A stretch of DNA of 47,446 bases from a virus (Duplodnaviria > Caudoviricetes), in IMG/VR virus record IMGVR_UViG_3300016665_000105, positions 1 through 47,446 of that record. One strand, written 5' to 3'. Of this stretch, positions 38,051 to 45,622 are shown one piece after another (positions within the stretch are counted from its first letter, which is position 1; every line of letters begins with the position of its first letter). Both the position numbers and the translations under genes were made by a program. The notes under the pieces are model-generated. The model saw nothing but the letters and a program-made list of their open reading frames with translations, was not told the DNA's origin and searched no databases.

Positions 38051-38354
38051 GCAAGTACGTCAGCCTTTCAAGGTACCACATAGCCTTCTGAAGATCCTCA
38101 AGGGGCTTGCCCTTCTTGTCGTAGCGCCAGAGATACTTCATCGCATTGCCACGCAGGAAGCCTTTGTACATCTCGCGGGACATGGAAGCTTCGATTGCTT
38201 CGATGCAATCGTCGCCTCCGTAATGCGGTGGATTGTTGACGGCTTCGTAAGATGAAGCAGGAGCGTTCGCTGTGTCGGCTCCGAAGTTGTTGAGCTGCGT
38301 TGGATCTTCCATACGCATATTCTTCAGATCACCCTTCACATGAATGTAGCTCAT
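38043..38354 (-). CDS. DUF3310 protein (T7 gp1.7-like putative nucleotide kinase)
   Basis: VNNPPHY...CIEAI...GNAMKYLWRY..KG...DLQKA.WYL. Confidence 0.9.
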   Translation of the reverse strand: MSYIHVKGDLKNMRMEDPTQLNNFGADTANAPASSYEAVNNPPHYGGDDCIEAIEASMSREMYKGFLRGNAMKYLWRYDKKGKPLEDLQKAMWYLERLTYLHD

Positions 38355-39961
38355 ACACTCTCCCGTGGAATGGTTTGTCCGTTCAGACCCGTGCCATCAT
38401 ACCAAGATCCTGCACTCCAACGTCCAGTCTCAGTACCCCAGAACTTATACCAAGAACGTACACGATTATCGAGTGATACGTCGATGTTGATATAAGAAGA
38501 CAGAAGCTTATCGTATCCACGAATGCGAAGGATCAACTTCAACGCAGCAAGCTTGATACTCCACGGCTGCTTTCCGCTCTCCGTCTTCAGATCTTGCAGC
38601 TTCTTCTCCACAGTTCCCATCAGCGCAACGATGGCATCCTCTCCGCTGGTCACGTTGCCTTCGCTCGTAGTCTTGATGGGGAGACCTAGCGTATCGTAGA
38701 GAAAGGAATTGATCTTGGAGTGCTGCGATACTTTGAAGAGTTCAACGTTGAACATCTGCTGGATACCGATGAAGACCATGTAATCCTTGTCACGCTTCTG
38801 CTCTACGATATTGCGGAGTGCGAGCCTACGCTCTTCATCAACGAGCAATCCAGTATAGGAGATGTGCTTTGCAAGAGCGATCTGCTTCATCTTATACTGG
38901 TAATACTTCCACGATTGCTCATCGAACTCTAGCTGTTGTCCACGCTGTACGCGAGCCGTAGCTACGACATCCTTGCAGTTGTAGATCCCAAGCTTTGCTC
39001 GGTCGATACGATCCGTCGTTTCCTTTCCATCGTCCTTGTAGTAGTTCATGTCAGTATACATGGACGTACAGTAATCAAGACCGATAGGAAGCTCAGGCTG
39101 TAGTACATGCTGCGCCACCATCGTATCATAGTCCCATCCGTTCACCGTAAAGCCATTCTGTTCTAGCATGATCGTATCGAACATGCCGTTATGAAATGTC
39201 TTCGGGATGTCAGACTCCAAGAGCATGGAGACTACGCGACGAAAGTTCGGACCGATGGCGTTGCTCTCAAGGTTTCCATCGTTGAAGAAACACACCGCAT
39301 CGCACGGACTCCAAGCGAATCCGATGCAGCGAATGAAGGATGTGTTCTTCTTTGTCTCGATGTCAACGTATAGACGTTCAGCAGACAGCAGCGTCGGAAG
39401 CAAACCTTCCATCGTGAAGGAACTAGGATCAACGATGAAGTTGAACTTAGGCTCAACCCAACCATGTTCAGAGATAGCTTTTGCTTTCTTGATGTCATTC
39501 AAGAAGCCGGGAGTCTGAGCCCCATCACGCAACACGATGTGAGGAGCAACGGTAGGAATAACCCACGCATCTCCTACCTTATATGCAGAGCCACGATGCT
39601 TGTCCACTCCATCGAATCCAAGCAAGAAGTCCATCGCATGATTGCCCATCGCAACGATGACTTTATGCTTACTCTTCTTAAGATACTCTCGTAGTTCCTT
39701 GCGAGACTCTTCGAGTTGCCACGTTGTGTGTGACTTCTTGAAGTCATTCTTCGCCGGCTGATAGTTCAGCACGTTGCCTACGCGAACATCTGCCCTGTCA
39801 ATGCCGCACTCAGAGAGAGCTGCGTCGAATAGTTCGCCAGCTCTTCCGACAAGAGGACGCTGCAAAGAATCTTCTGTGCTACCGGGAGCTTCCCCCAAGA
39901 AGAAAAGCTTTGCGTCCTCCGGTCCCTCATGCGGGACTTTTCTTTCTGAGACTAATTTCAT
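38351..39961 (-). CDS. polA: DNA polymerase family A, N-terminal part: UDG family-4-like domain, 3'-5' exonuclease, thumb and first palm strands
   Basis: GEAPG..ED...P.VG.AG; Exo I DIET, Exo II HNGMFD, Exo III YNCKD; ends TETGRWS...LNGQTIPRESV. Confidence 0.92.
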   Translation of the reverse strand: MKLVSERKVPHEGPEDAKLFFLGEAPGSTEDSLQRPLVGRAGELFDAALSECGIDRADVRVGNVLNYQPAKNDFKKSHTTWQLEESRKELREYLKKSKHKVIVAMGNHAMDFLLGFDGVDKHRGSAYKVGDAWVIPTVAPHIVLRDGAQTPGFLNDIKKAKAISEHGWVEPKFNFIVDPSSFTMEGLLPTLLSAERLYVDIETKKNTSFIRCIGFAWSPCDAVCFFNDGNLESNAIGPNFRRVVSMLLESDIPKTFHNGMFDTIMLEQNGFTVNGWDYDTMVAQHVLQPELPIGLDYCTSMYTDMNYYKDDGKETTDRIDRAKLGIYNCKDVVATARVQRGQQLEFDEQSWKYYQYKMKQIALAKHISYTGLLVDEERRLALRNIVEQKRDKDYMVFIGIQQMFNVELFKVSQHSKINSFLYDTLGLPIKTTSEGNVTSGEDAIVALMGTVEKKLQDLKTESGKQPWSIKLAALKLILRIRGYDKLLSSYINIDVSLDNRVRSWYKFWGTETGRWSAGSWYDGTGLNGQTIPRESV

Positions 39962-40187
39962 CGAACTGTCGCCTGAGGGTTTGTGTGTAGGAACGAGCGA
40001 CGGAGAGTTGTGTCTCTAGCCTTGAGATCTGCTGCTTGAGATTGTTGATCTGTTCAATGTGTTGCTCGCGTTCTACGAGAAAGTTTTCGATGCGCTTCCC
40101 TTCTTCATAGAGATGGTTGTCTGTCTCAGTCCAACGCACAGCGAGCTGCATCAAAGTCTCATGAATATCAAAGGTCTTCTTCTTCAT
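39927..40187 (-). CDS. hypothetical coiled-coil protein
   Basis: Heptad pattern; start uncertain (40187-40199). Confidence 0.65.
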   Translation of the reverse strand: MKKKTFDIHETLMQLAVRWTETDNHLYEEGKRIENFLVEREQHIEQINNLKQQISRLETQLSVARSYTQTLRRQFDEISLRKKSPA

Positions 40188-40272
40188 ATTGGTCATCAAA
40201 AGGAGGAGAGAGCTGGGCTATGACGTACAGCATGAACCACAGCACAGCTAGACAGAGGAGTCCGAGCCACAT
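40168..40272 (-). CDS. 34-aa membrane peptide MWLGLLCLAVLWFMLYVIAQLSPPFDDQYEEEDL, not in ORF track
   Basis: GAGG SD; one TM helix and acidic tail; overlaps both neighbours. Confidence 0.55.
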   Translation of the reverse strand: MWLGLLCLAVLWFMLYVIAQLSPPFDDQYEEEDL

Positions 40273-40910
40273 ACGAACCTCGATATGTACGGGAAGTGAG
40301 GATCAATGGCTTCGGCACAAAGAAGTGCAAGATCACGATGCTCCTTCTGCGTAGAAGGATCGGTCCGCACTTGGATGTAGTGCATCCAGCTACGAAGAGA
40401 ACCAGTAACGTACATCGAAGATTCCGTCATGCCTTCGGGCAGGATGGTGCGAGCCACTTCCTTTGCGATGCCAGCTTCGATAGCTTGTTCGTATCCGAGA
40501 GACACGATGTTCATCACATTACGCTGGATGTCGGACCAGATACGATGTGTGTCAGGGTCTTGCGTAGGCAAAGAGTTCTGACGGTTCTTCTTGTCTTGCA
40601 TACGAGCAGGACGGAAGTGCAGCTGGCCCGTGTCCACCTTCGCATAGCGTTGCGAGAACTCTTGGAAGGAGAAGCTGCGATGACGCAGCATCTGCCTCGC
40701 AATGTCCCGCGTCGTCATGATGAAGAGCGTCATGTGTACCATCTCAAACGGGGACCAGTGCTTGTGTTCGATGAGATAGTCTAGAAGCTTTTCGTGCGGT
40801 GTGCCTTGATTCTTAGGGTTTGAGATTCTTGCATAGTATGCAACTTGCTCTGCAAGAGTTATCTCAGAAGGAAGGAAATCGGAGAGGGAGACTACTTCTG
40901 CGTAGTTCAT
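40248..40910 (-). CDS. thyX: flavin-dependent thymidylate synthase
   Basis: HWSPFEM, RQMLRHRSFSFQEFSQRY, KEVAR.ILP, GSLRSW.HY, TQKEHR. Confidence 0.97.
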   Translation of the reverse strand: MNYAEVVSLSDFLPSEITLAEQVAYYARISNPKNQGTPHEKLLDYLIEHKHWSPFEMVHMTLFIMTTRDIARQMLRHRSFSFQEFSQRYAKVDTGQLHFRPARMQDKKNRQNSLPTQDPDTHRIWSDIQRNVMNIVSLGYEQAIEAGIAKEVARTILPEGMTESSMYVTGSLRSWMHYIQVRTDPSTQKEHRDLALLCAEAIDPHFPYISRFVCGSDSSV

Positions 40911-41329
40911 GCTCCCATCCTCTGTTCCCACTTGTGCTTCAACTCGACGACGCGAGGAAGCTTTTGATATGCTTCGCGAATGATGAGAAGCGCGGCCTCT
41001 GCGGTGACTTCGTGAAACCCAGCCTCACTCTGCACGAACAAGCCCGGAACTTCCGTCGTCGGAGCCGTGACGATAGCGATGACAGCGCGCTCCGTTAGCA
41101 TGATGAGTTTGTTTCCCTCATCTGCATCATTCACTACCATGCCGGAGTAGGGATTGAAGACAACGTAATCCCCAACCTTGATCTCTTGCACTTCAGGTCC
41201 GACAGCCTTCACGATTCCTTGATCGCTACGATCCTTCGTAGATTCAGGACGGATGATGAGTGATCCATACCAAGTATCCGGATCATCAAGCGCAGCGACG
41301 AGGATGTTATCACGACGAGGGATAAGCAC
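40907..41329 (-). CDS. groES: GroES/Cpn10-like co-chaperonin with C-terminal extension
   Basis: LIPRRDNILV, GIVKAVGP, IKVGDYVVF..YSG, ERAVIAIV. Confidence 0.85.
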   Translation of the reverse strand: MLIPRRDNILVAALDDPDTWYGSLIIRPESTKDRSDQGIVKAVGPEVQEIKVGDYVVFNPYSGMVVNDADEGNKLIMLTERAVIAIVTAPTTEVPGLFVQSEAGFHEVTAEAALLIIREAYQKLPRVVELKHKWEQRMGA

Positions 41330-41510
41330 GTTCGATCTCCTTTAGTCCTAGTTGAACTACTTGATCTGCTTCATCTTTCAGGATCTTTGCGACCGCAAGA
41401 TACAGAGGATTCCTACTGGGGTGGCTCTCCAAATACAAAGCTGATCTGTTCAGAGCCTCCGCCATGCTGAACCTGTCGAGAGCTATTGTCTTTTGTGTAT
41501 CGGATGCCAT
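41310..41510 (-). CDS. hypothetical protein
   Basis: GAGG SD before ATG 41510 (alternative start 41537). Confidence 0.55.
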   Translation of the reverse strand: MASDTQKTIALDRFSMAEALNRSALYLESHPSRNPLYLAVAKILKDEADQVVQLGLKEIERAYPSS

Positions 41511-41533
41511 CCTTGTATCCTCTTTGATATGCG

Positions 41534-41728
41534 TCAACCAGCAACGTTTCTACTAGTGGGTTCAATTCCAGCTGCTTCAGCAATTCGAAGAAGCTTTGCT
41601 TTTCTTGCTTCAAAAAATAGGAGTTGCTCATGTAGTTCTCCCATGCGTTGAGTTATCTTGTCTATTTCGTCGAAGAGGTGATCTTGGAGGATACGTTCAA
41701 TGTTCGTTTCGATTACAGGACTAGTCAT
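41534..41728 (-). CDS. hypothetical coiled-coil protein (64 aa)
   Basis: First ORF after tRNA. Confidence 0.6.
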   Translation of the reverse strand: MTSPVIETNIERILQDHLFDEIDKITQRMGELHEQLLFFEARKAKLLRIAEAAGIEPTSRNVAG

Positions 41729-41756
41729 GATATATTTGGTTGAGGTTTGTACAGCA

Positions 41757-41827
41757 TAGCCCCGGCGGGAATCGAACCCGAGTAGCCTGATCCAAAGTCA
41801 GGTGCATTACCACTATGCTACGGGGCA
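41757..41827 (-). tRNA. tRNA-Gln (anticodon TTG), CCA not encoded
   Basis: TGCCCCG/CGGGGCT acceptor, GCAT-AGTGGTA-ATGC D arm, CCTGA-CTTTGGA-TCAGG anticodon arm, GGTTCGATTCC T loop. Confidence 0.92.
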
Positions 41828-41831
41828 AGAT

Positions 41832-42028
41832 GCAGGGAAAGCTTAGTGCAGGATAGCGTTCGCGTTCTCTGAGGGGGAGTCCATACTATCCTTTAGCGAG
41901 CGAGGAAGTACACCGAAAACTCTTGTCTCGCAACTCACACTAAGCTTCCGTGACAGGGGCGGAGTTGTCAGGTCGAAGGCATCTGCCAAATGTCTTCTTC
42001 GGTTTTACCGGCATGTCACGTTCCCTGC
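41832..42028. ncRNA. candidate structured ncRNA (multi-way junction with pseudoknot), class not recognised
   Basis: At least seven nested helices fill the ssb-tRNA gap (see findings). Confidence 0.65.
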
Positions 42029-42037
42029 TATGCTACA

Positions 42038-42523
42038 TTAGAACGGGCGGCAGCCGCGATAATTCTGGTACTGCTTATCGCCCTGAGTGCGGATGTCCAC
42101 GTTCACGATGAGGCGCGAACGAACGAGATCCACATACGCAGAACCCAGCGCACCGTTCTCCACATCCACGGAGAGATCCAGATCACCGAAGTTCTGACGG
42201 AACTCCTCATCCGCTTCCGCAGTACCGGGACGAATACCCTTGCAGCACATCACGAAACGAAGCAGCCGATCAAACGAAGTCTCGTCGTCGCCAACGATGA
42301 AGTCGATGTTCAGCGGCTTGCCAGCGAACTCCGCATCGCCAGCAGCATCCGCAACGATGCGAGTACCGAAGGCAACGATGTGCATCTTCTCGCCAGCGCG
42401 CTTGCCATTCTTAATGTCAACGACGCGATACTTGGCGGAGATAACTTCCACTTCGTATTCGTTAGCGGGAGCGATGAAGATAGTCGAGGAGAACTTGTCG
42501 AGATTCGGCTTGAAGATAGACAT
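42038..42523 (-). CDS. putative single-stranded DNA-binding protein (DUF669-like OB fold)
   Basis: PANEYEVEV.SAK...G.K pattern and C-terminal Y.N; follows Sak4-like and exonuclease genes. Confidence 0.65.
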   Translation of the reverse strand: MSIFKPNLDKFSSTIFIAPANEYEVEVISAKYRVVDIKNGKRAGEKMHIVAFGTRIVADAAGDAEFAGKPLNIDFIVGDDETSFDRLLRFVMCCKGIRPGTAEADEEFRQNFGDLDLSVDVENGALGSAYVDLVRSRLIVNVDIRTQGDKQYQNYRGCRPF

Positions 42524-42529
42524 GAGAAG

Positions 42530-43351
42530 TTAGCCTGAGGAAGAAGTTTGCCATGCGTGGATACGAGAGAACACTTGCTTTGCCGTGACGTCACGTTCAG
42601 GATTCTTGAAGAGTCCACCCCAGCGAGTCTTCGCCATGATGCCACCTTCCGATTCCGTCACGAACTCACGCTTCACGTTTGCACCAGAGCCCACGGTACG
42701 GATATACCATAGCATATCGAAGATACCGGGCATGGCATCTGGTGTATCAGTCCCCGTGAAGAGAGGCTTTACTGCGATTATGTTGTTCGTTCCCTCCTTG
42801 CGATAGAGTCTTTCGTGAGCGCAGACGATACAGTTCTTTCCTTCACTACGAAGACCATCCGTAAGCTGACGAAGGAAAGACTCAACCAATCCCATCTCTG
42901 TACCGAAGTCTGCGATGGTTGGGATGATGATGTCCTTGAACTTACCAGACTGTGCGTTGCCGGAAGTCTTAGACTTTCCAGAGATGCCGTTCAACTCGAT
43001 AGCCTTGTTCCGTGCAGCGATGCGCGTCGAGTTGATGTCGTCGATGACGATGCCTGACCAATCGTTCTTAGTAGCTGGTGCGAGCAGTCCGTCGATCTGA
43101 TTACGAAGAGTATCGAACATCTTCGGCATCGTGGGAGAATCATCGGGATGCAACTCCACGATGAAAGGATCTGTTCCCACCTTATCCTTGAACAGCTTCG
43201 ACTTCAACGTGATGATACCGTTGCGATCCGTGAGTACGATCCAGTCATCTCCTGCACCAGCAGCCCAGAACGTCTTGCCCGTACCTGCTGCACCGTACAG
43301 CATCATGCAAGTTCCTTCGATGCGCTTGTCTTGGCTCAGTCTCGTCAGCAT
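42530..43351 (-). CDS. Sak4-like AAA_24 ATPase / ssDNA-annealing recombinase
   Basis: LYGAAGTGKT, IVIDDI, VCAHE, FD..WY, AKTR. Confidence 0.85.
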   Translation of the reverse strand: MLTRLSQDKRIEGTCMMLYGAAGTGKTFWAAGAGDDWIVLTDRNGIITLKSKLFKDKVGTDPFIVELHPDDSPTMPKMFDTLRNQIDGLLAPATKNDWSGIVIDDINSTRIAARNKAIELNGISGKSKTSGNAQSGKFKDIIIPTIADFGTEMGLVESFLRQLTDGLRSEGKNCIVCAHERLYRKEGTNNIIAVKPLFTGTDTPDAMPGIFDMLWYIRTVGSGANVKREFVTESEGGIMAKTRWGGLFKNPERDVTAKQVFSRIHAWQTSSSG

Positions 43352-43352
43352 A

Positions 43353-43478
43353 TTAATCCTTATCAGGTCTGAGGATGTATAACAGAATCAAGGCAAAGTA
43401 AGCAACGGCCAACCAAGCTGCGACTGCGAGTCCAGCAACGAAGATGTTCAGTAGAGTTTGGAAGATTGCGTTCTGCAT
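43353..43478 (-). CDS. 41-aa membrane peptide (MQNAIFQTLLNIFVAGLAVAAWLAVAYF...), not in ORF track
   Basis: AAGGA SD; fills the gap exactly; long hydrophobic helix. Confidence 0.6.
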   Translation of the reverse strand: MQNAIFQTLLNIFVAGLAVAAWLAVAYFALILLYILRPDKD

Positions 43479-43480
43479 AC

Positions 43481-44386
43481 TTATTCCTTGATTGCTTGTT
43501 GGTCAACTTCTTCATGCTTCCAAGGCTGGAGAAGATACTGAGTGCGAAGCATGTTCTCCATAGAAGCTTCGGATGGCTGAGTGCAGACTTGCCGGTAGTC
43601 GCAGAAGGAACAGGATACTTCGTGCATAGGCCAGACATCTGCTTCACGACACGCTGCCATCTGCTTGTGAATGAATAGCTGTTCATCAAGCCATCGCTTC
43701 ACTTGCACCATCGTGCGAGATGACGGGATGTTCTGAACGTCAGGCCCGACAGTCTTCGTGTTGTAGATAGCGGTGAAGAGAACTCCGTCGATCACGCGAT
43801 TCGGATAGCCGTTCTCATCCATGCCATGCTGCAAGCAAGATGCAGCGTAGATGTAACGGATAGCCTGATCGTTAGGCTCAAGACCCTGCTTGAAATACTG
43901 TATCTGTTTCGATGTAGTCTTCCAGTCACGAATCCAGATACGTCCATTCCAGCGGATGAGCTGATCCCATCTTCCTCCGATAGACACGCCATCCGGAAGA
44001 ACGAAAGAGAACGGTTGCTCGATAGCTTCGACACGGATGATGCCGTTCTTCTTCTCTTCATTGTACATCGCAGACAGCTTTGCGACAGTAAGAATGAAGC
44101 GTTCCTTGCTCTGAAACTCAAAGCTCGGATTCGTCGGTGAACGAAAGAGCTTGATTGCTGTTTGTGCTGCTGCTCCCGGATCTCCCGTTTCGTAGAGGAT
44201 CTCAAGATACTTATGCAACGCTGAACCCCAAGCAAACACAGACTGCCACTTCCCCTCAGGTGGAGTGCGACCAAGGACCATACGATAGAAGTATTTCCGT
44301 GGGCATTCCTTGAAACACTTCGTCGCTGTGTGATCCATGCTTTCAGGTTCAAAGCGTGGCAATGTCGGGAGCAGTTTCTTTGTCAT
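43481..44386 (-). CDS. PD-(D/E)XK exonuclease (Cas4/AddB-like, four-Cys cluster)
   Basis: CPRKY, GSALH, GRWD, DWKT, Q...Y, CSFCDYRQVC. Confidence 0.9.
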   Translation of the reverse strand: MTKKLLPTLPRFEPESMDHTATKCFKECPRKYFYRMVLGRTPPEGKWQSVFAWGSALHKYLEILYETGDPGAAAQTAIKLFRSPTNPSFEFQSKERFILTVAKLSAMYNEEKKNGIIRVEAIEQPFSFVLPDGVSIGGRWDQLIRWNGRIWIRDWKTTSKQIQYFKQGLEPNDQAIRYIYAASCLQHGMDENGYPNRVIDGVLFTAIYNTKTVGPDVQNIPSSRTMVQVKRWLDEQLFIHKQMAACREADVWPMHEVSCSFCDYRQVCTQPSEASMENMLRTQYLLQPWKHEEVDQQAIKE

Positions 44387-44610
44387 GTTTGTATGCGTTC
44401 GTGGATGCGTGTCAGTACATCTTCGATAGGAGCTTCATCCTGCTCTGCTTCTTCACGAAAGAACTGAAGCAAAGTAGAAAGAAGAACAGAGAGCTTGCCG
44501 TCCGGATACGTTTCGTAGAACCAACGAACATCACCTTCTGGTAGCTTAACGTTAGTCAGAGAACGAGACATATAGACAGGAGTAGGAGGATGGCTGACCA
44601 TCCTGCCCAT
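44383..44610 (-). CDS. hypothetical protein (75 aa), possible ribbon-helix-helix DNA binder
   Basis: AAGGTG SD; beta-strand followed by two helices. Confidence 0.55.
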   Translation of the reverse strand: MGRMVSHPPTPVYMSRSLTNVKLPEGDVRWFYETYPDGKLSVLLSTLLQFFREEAEQDEAPIEDVLTRIHERIQT

Positions 44611-44887
44611 TCACCTTGTGATGTTGCAGCAAGCTAACGTTTGGACGATGCTTCATCCACGCAGCCATCGCAAGCGCACACACAAGATTGGAACCAGAGA
44701 GAAGCAAGAAGTCATCGCTCGTTGCTTGCTTCGCGTAGTTCTCGAAAGTACTGAGGATGGAAGTTGCACGATGCAAGGGGATGAATCCCTGAGTCATGTT
44801 CACAAGCTCGCCGTGCTTCTCAGCAGAGCTGTAGTCGTAGCTTCCGTTGTAGTTGGTAACGAAAACCTTTGGCTTCTTGTCAGTCAT
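44552..44887 (-). CDS. conserved hypothetical alpha/beta protein (111 aa)
   Basis: KVFVTN...DYSSAEKHGELV...DDFLLLSGS pattern; ATGA coupling. Confidence 0.75.
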   Translation of the reverse strand: MTDKKPKVFVTNYNGSYDYSSAEKHGELVNMTQGFIPLHRATSILSTFENYAKQATSDDFLLLSGSNLVCALAMAAWMKHRPNVSLLQHHKVNGQDGQPSSYSCLYVSFSD

Positions 44888-45420
44888 GTGAAGATGCGGA
44901 GGAGGTTATTGTGGATCGAGTACTTGTAACCACGACGCCCGAGGAAGTTAAGCAACGCAGTATTCGGAATGGATCTATCACCTGCAAGAATGCGCTGCGT
45001 GTCTTGCTCAAGCGAAGAGAGCTGCACGAATACCTCAGCTGGATTCTCCATGAGAAGATGTTGCGTCAGCTGAATGTCGTTCAACTCCATCGCAGGGGAG
45101 TTGTTGGTGCGAGGAATACTGATGTTGAAACTGTTCGGATCGTAGTCAGTATTCTCTTGCCTGTTAATCGTGAAGCCTATGATAGCCTTGGGATGGAAGT
45201 CAATCAAGATCCCAGCAGAAGTCTTCTTCATGAAGAACTTACTGTTCCAATCTCTACGAAGGAGAGTCTTGTATAGAACAAGATTGTTCTTCATCGAAGA
45301 CGGAGAGTGACACTCGATCATGAAGTTGATACGTTCATGCTGTTCCTTTCCAAGCTGTTCGTCAATCGCATCAGCGATTGGTTGCAGCCTCTCCATCATC
45401 GCTACACTTAGCTTGCCCAT
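44884..45420 (-). CDS. hypothetical protein (178 aa)
   Basis: Long coupled ORF. Confidence 0.75.
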   Translation of the reverse strand: MGKLSVAMMERLQPIADAIDEQLGKEQHERINFMIECHSPSSMKNNLVLYKTLLRRDWNSKFFMKKTSAGILIDFHPKAIIGFTINRQENTDYDPNSFNISIPRTNNSPAMELNDIQLTQHLLMENPAEVFVQLSSLEQDTQRILAGDRSIPNTALLNFLGRRGYKYSIHNNLLRIFT

Positions 45421-45622
45421 GAGTTTGTCTCTCGTTTAGAAGTAGTTGATGTGCGAGTTCAGCTGTGCCACGAAGACGTGGCCAAAGATCTGGAATGCTT
45501 GACGCAATCAAGAAGATACCGGATGATACAAGGAATGCTCCGAGTTCATGCAGCTCTTTCTCAGGGCACAGCTGCTTTGCATACCGTACAATCTTGTCGG
45601 CTGCTTCTTCAAGCTGCGCCAT
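45371..45622 (-). CDS. hypothetical protein (83 aa)
   Basis: AAGGA SD; overlaps neighbours. Confidence 0.6.
   Translation of the reverse strand: MAQLEEAADKIVRYAKQLCPEKELHELGAFLVSSGIFLIASSIPDLWPRLRGTAELAHQLLLNERQTHGQAKCSDDGEAATNR

Noticed and set aside
37855-38350. Group I intron or intein interrupting polA
   Set aside because: The gap is fully occupied by two coupled ORFs; no P7/catalytic core, homing endonuclease or Cys...His-Asn intein ends seen. Not formally excluded without RT-PCR
41832-42028. tmRNA, RNase P RNA or a known small ribozyme
   Set aside because: The internal ORF end (DNSAPVTEA) and GGGGCGGA..TCGA faintly recall tmRNA but lie on opposite strands, with no T-arm or CCA acceptor; RNase P and hammerhead core motifs are absent
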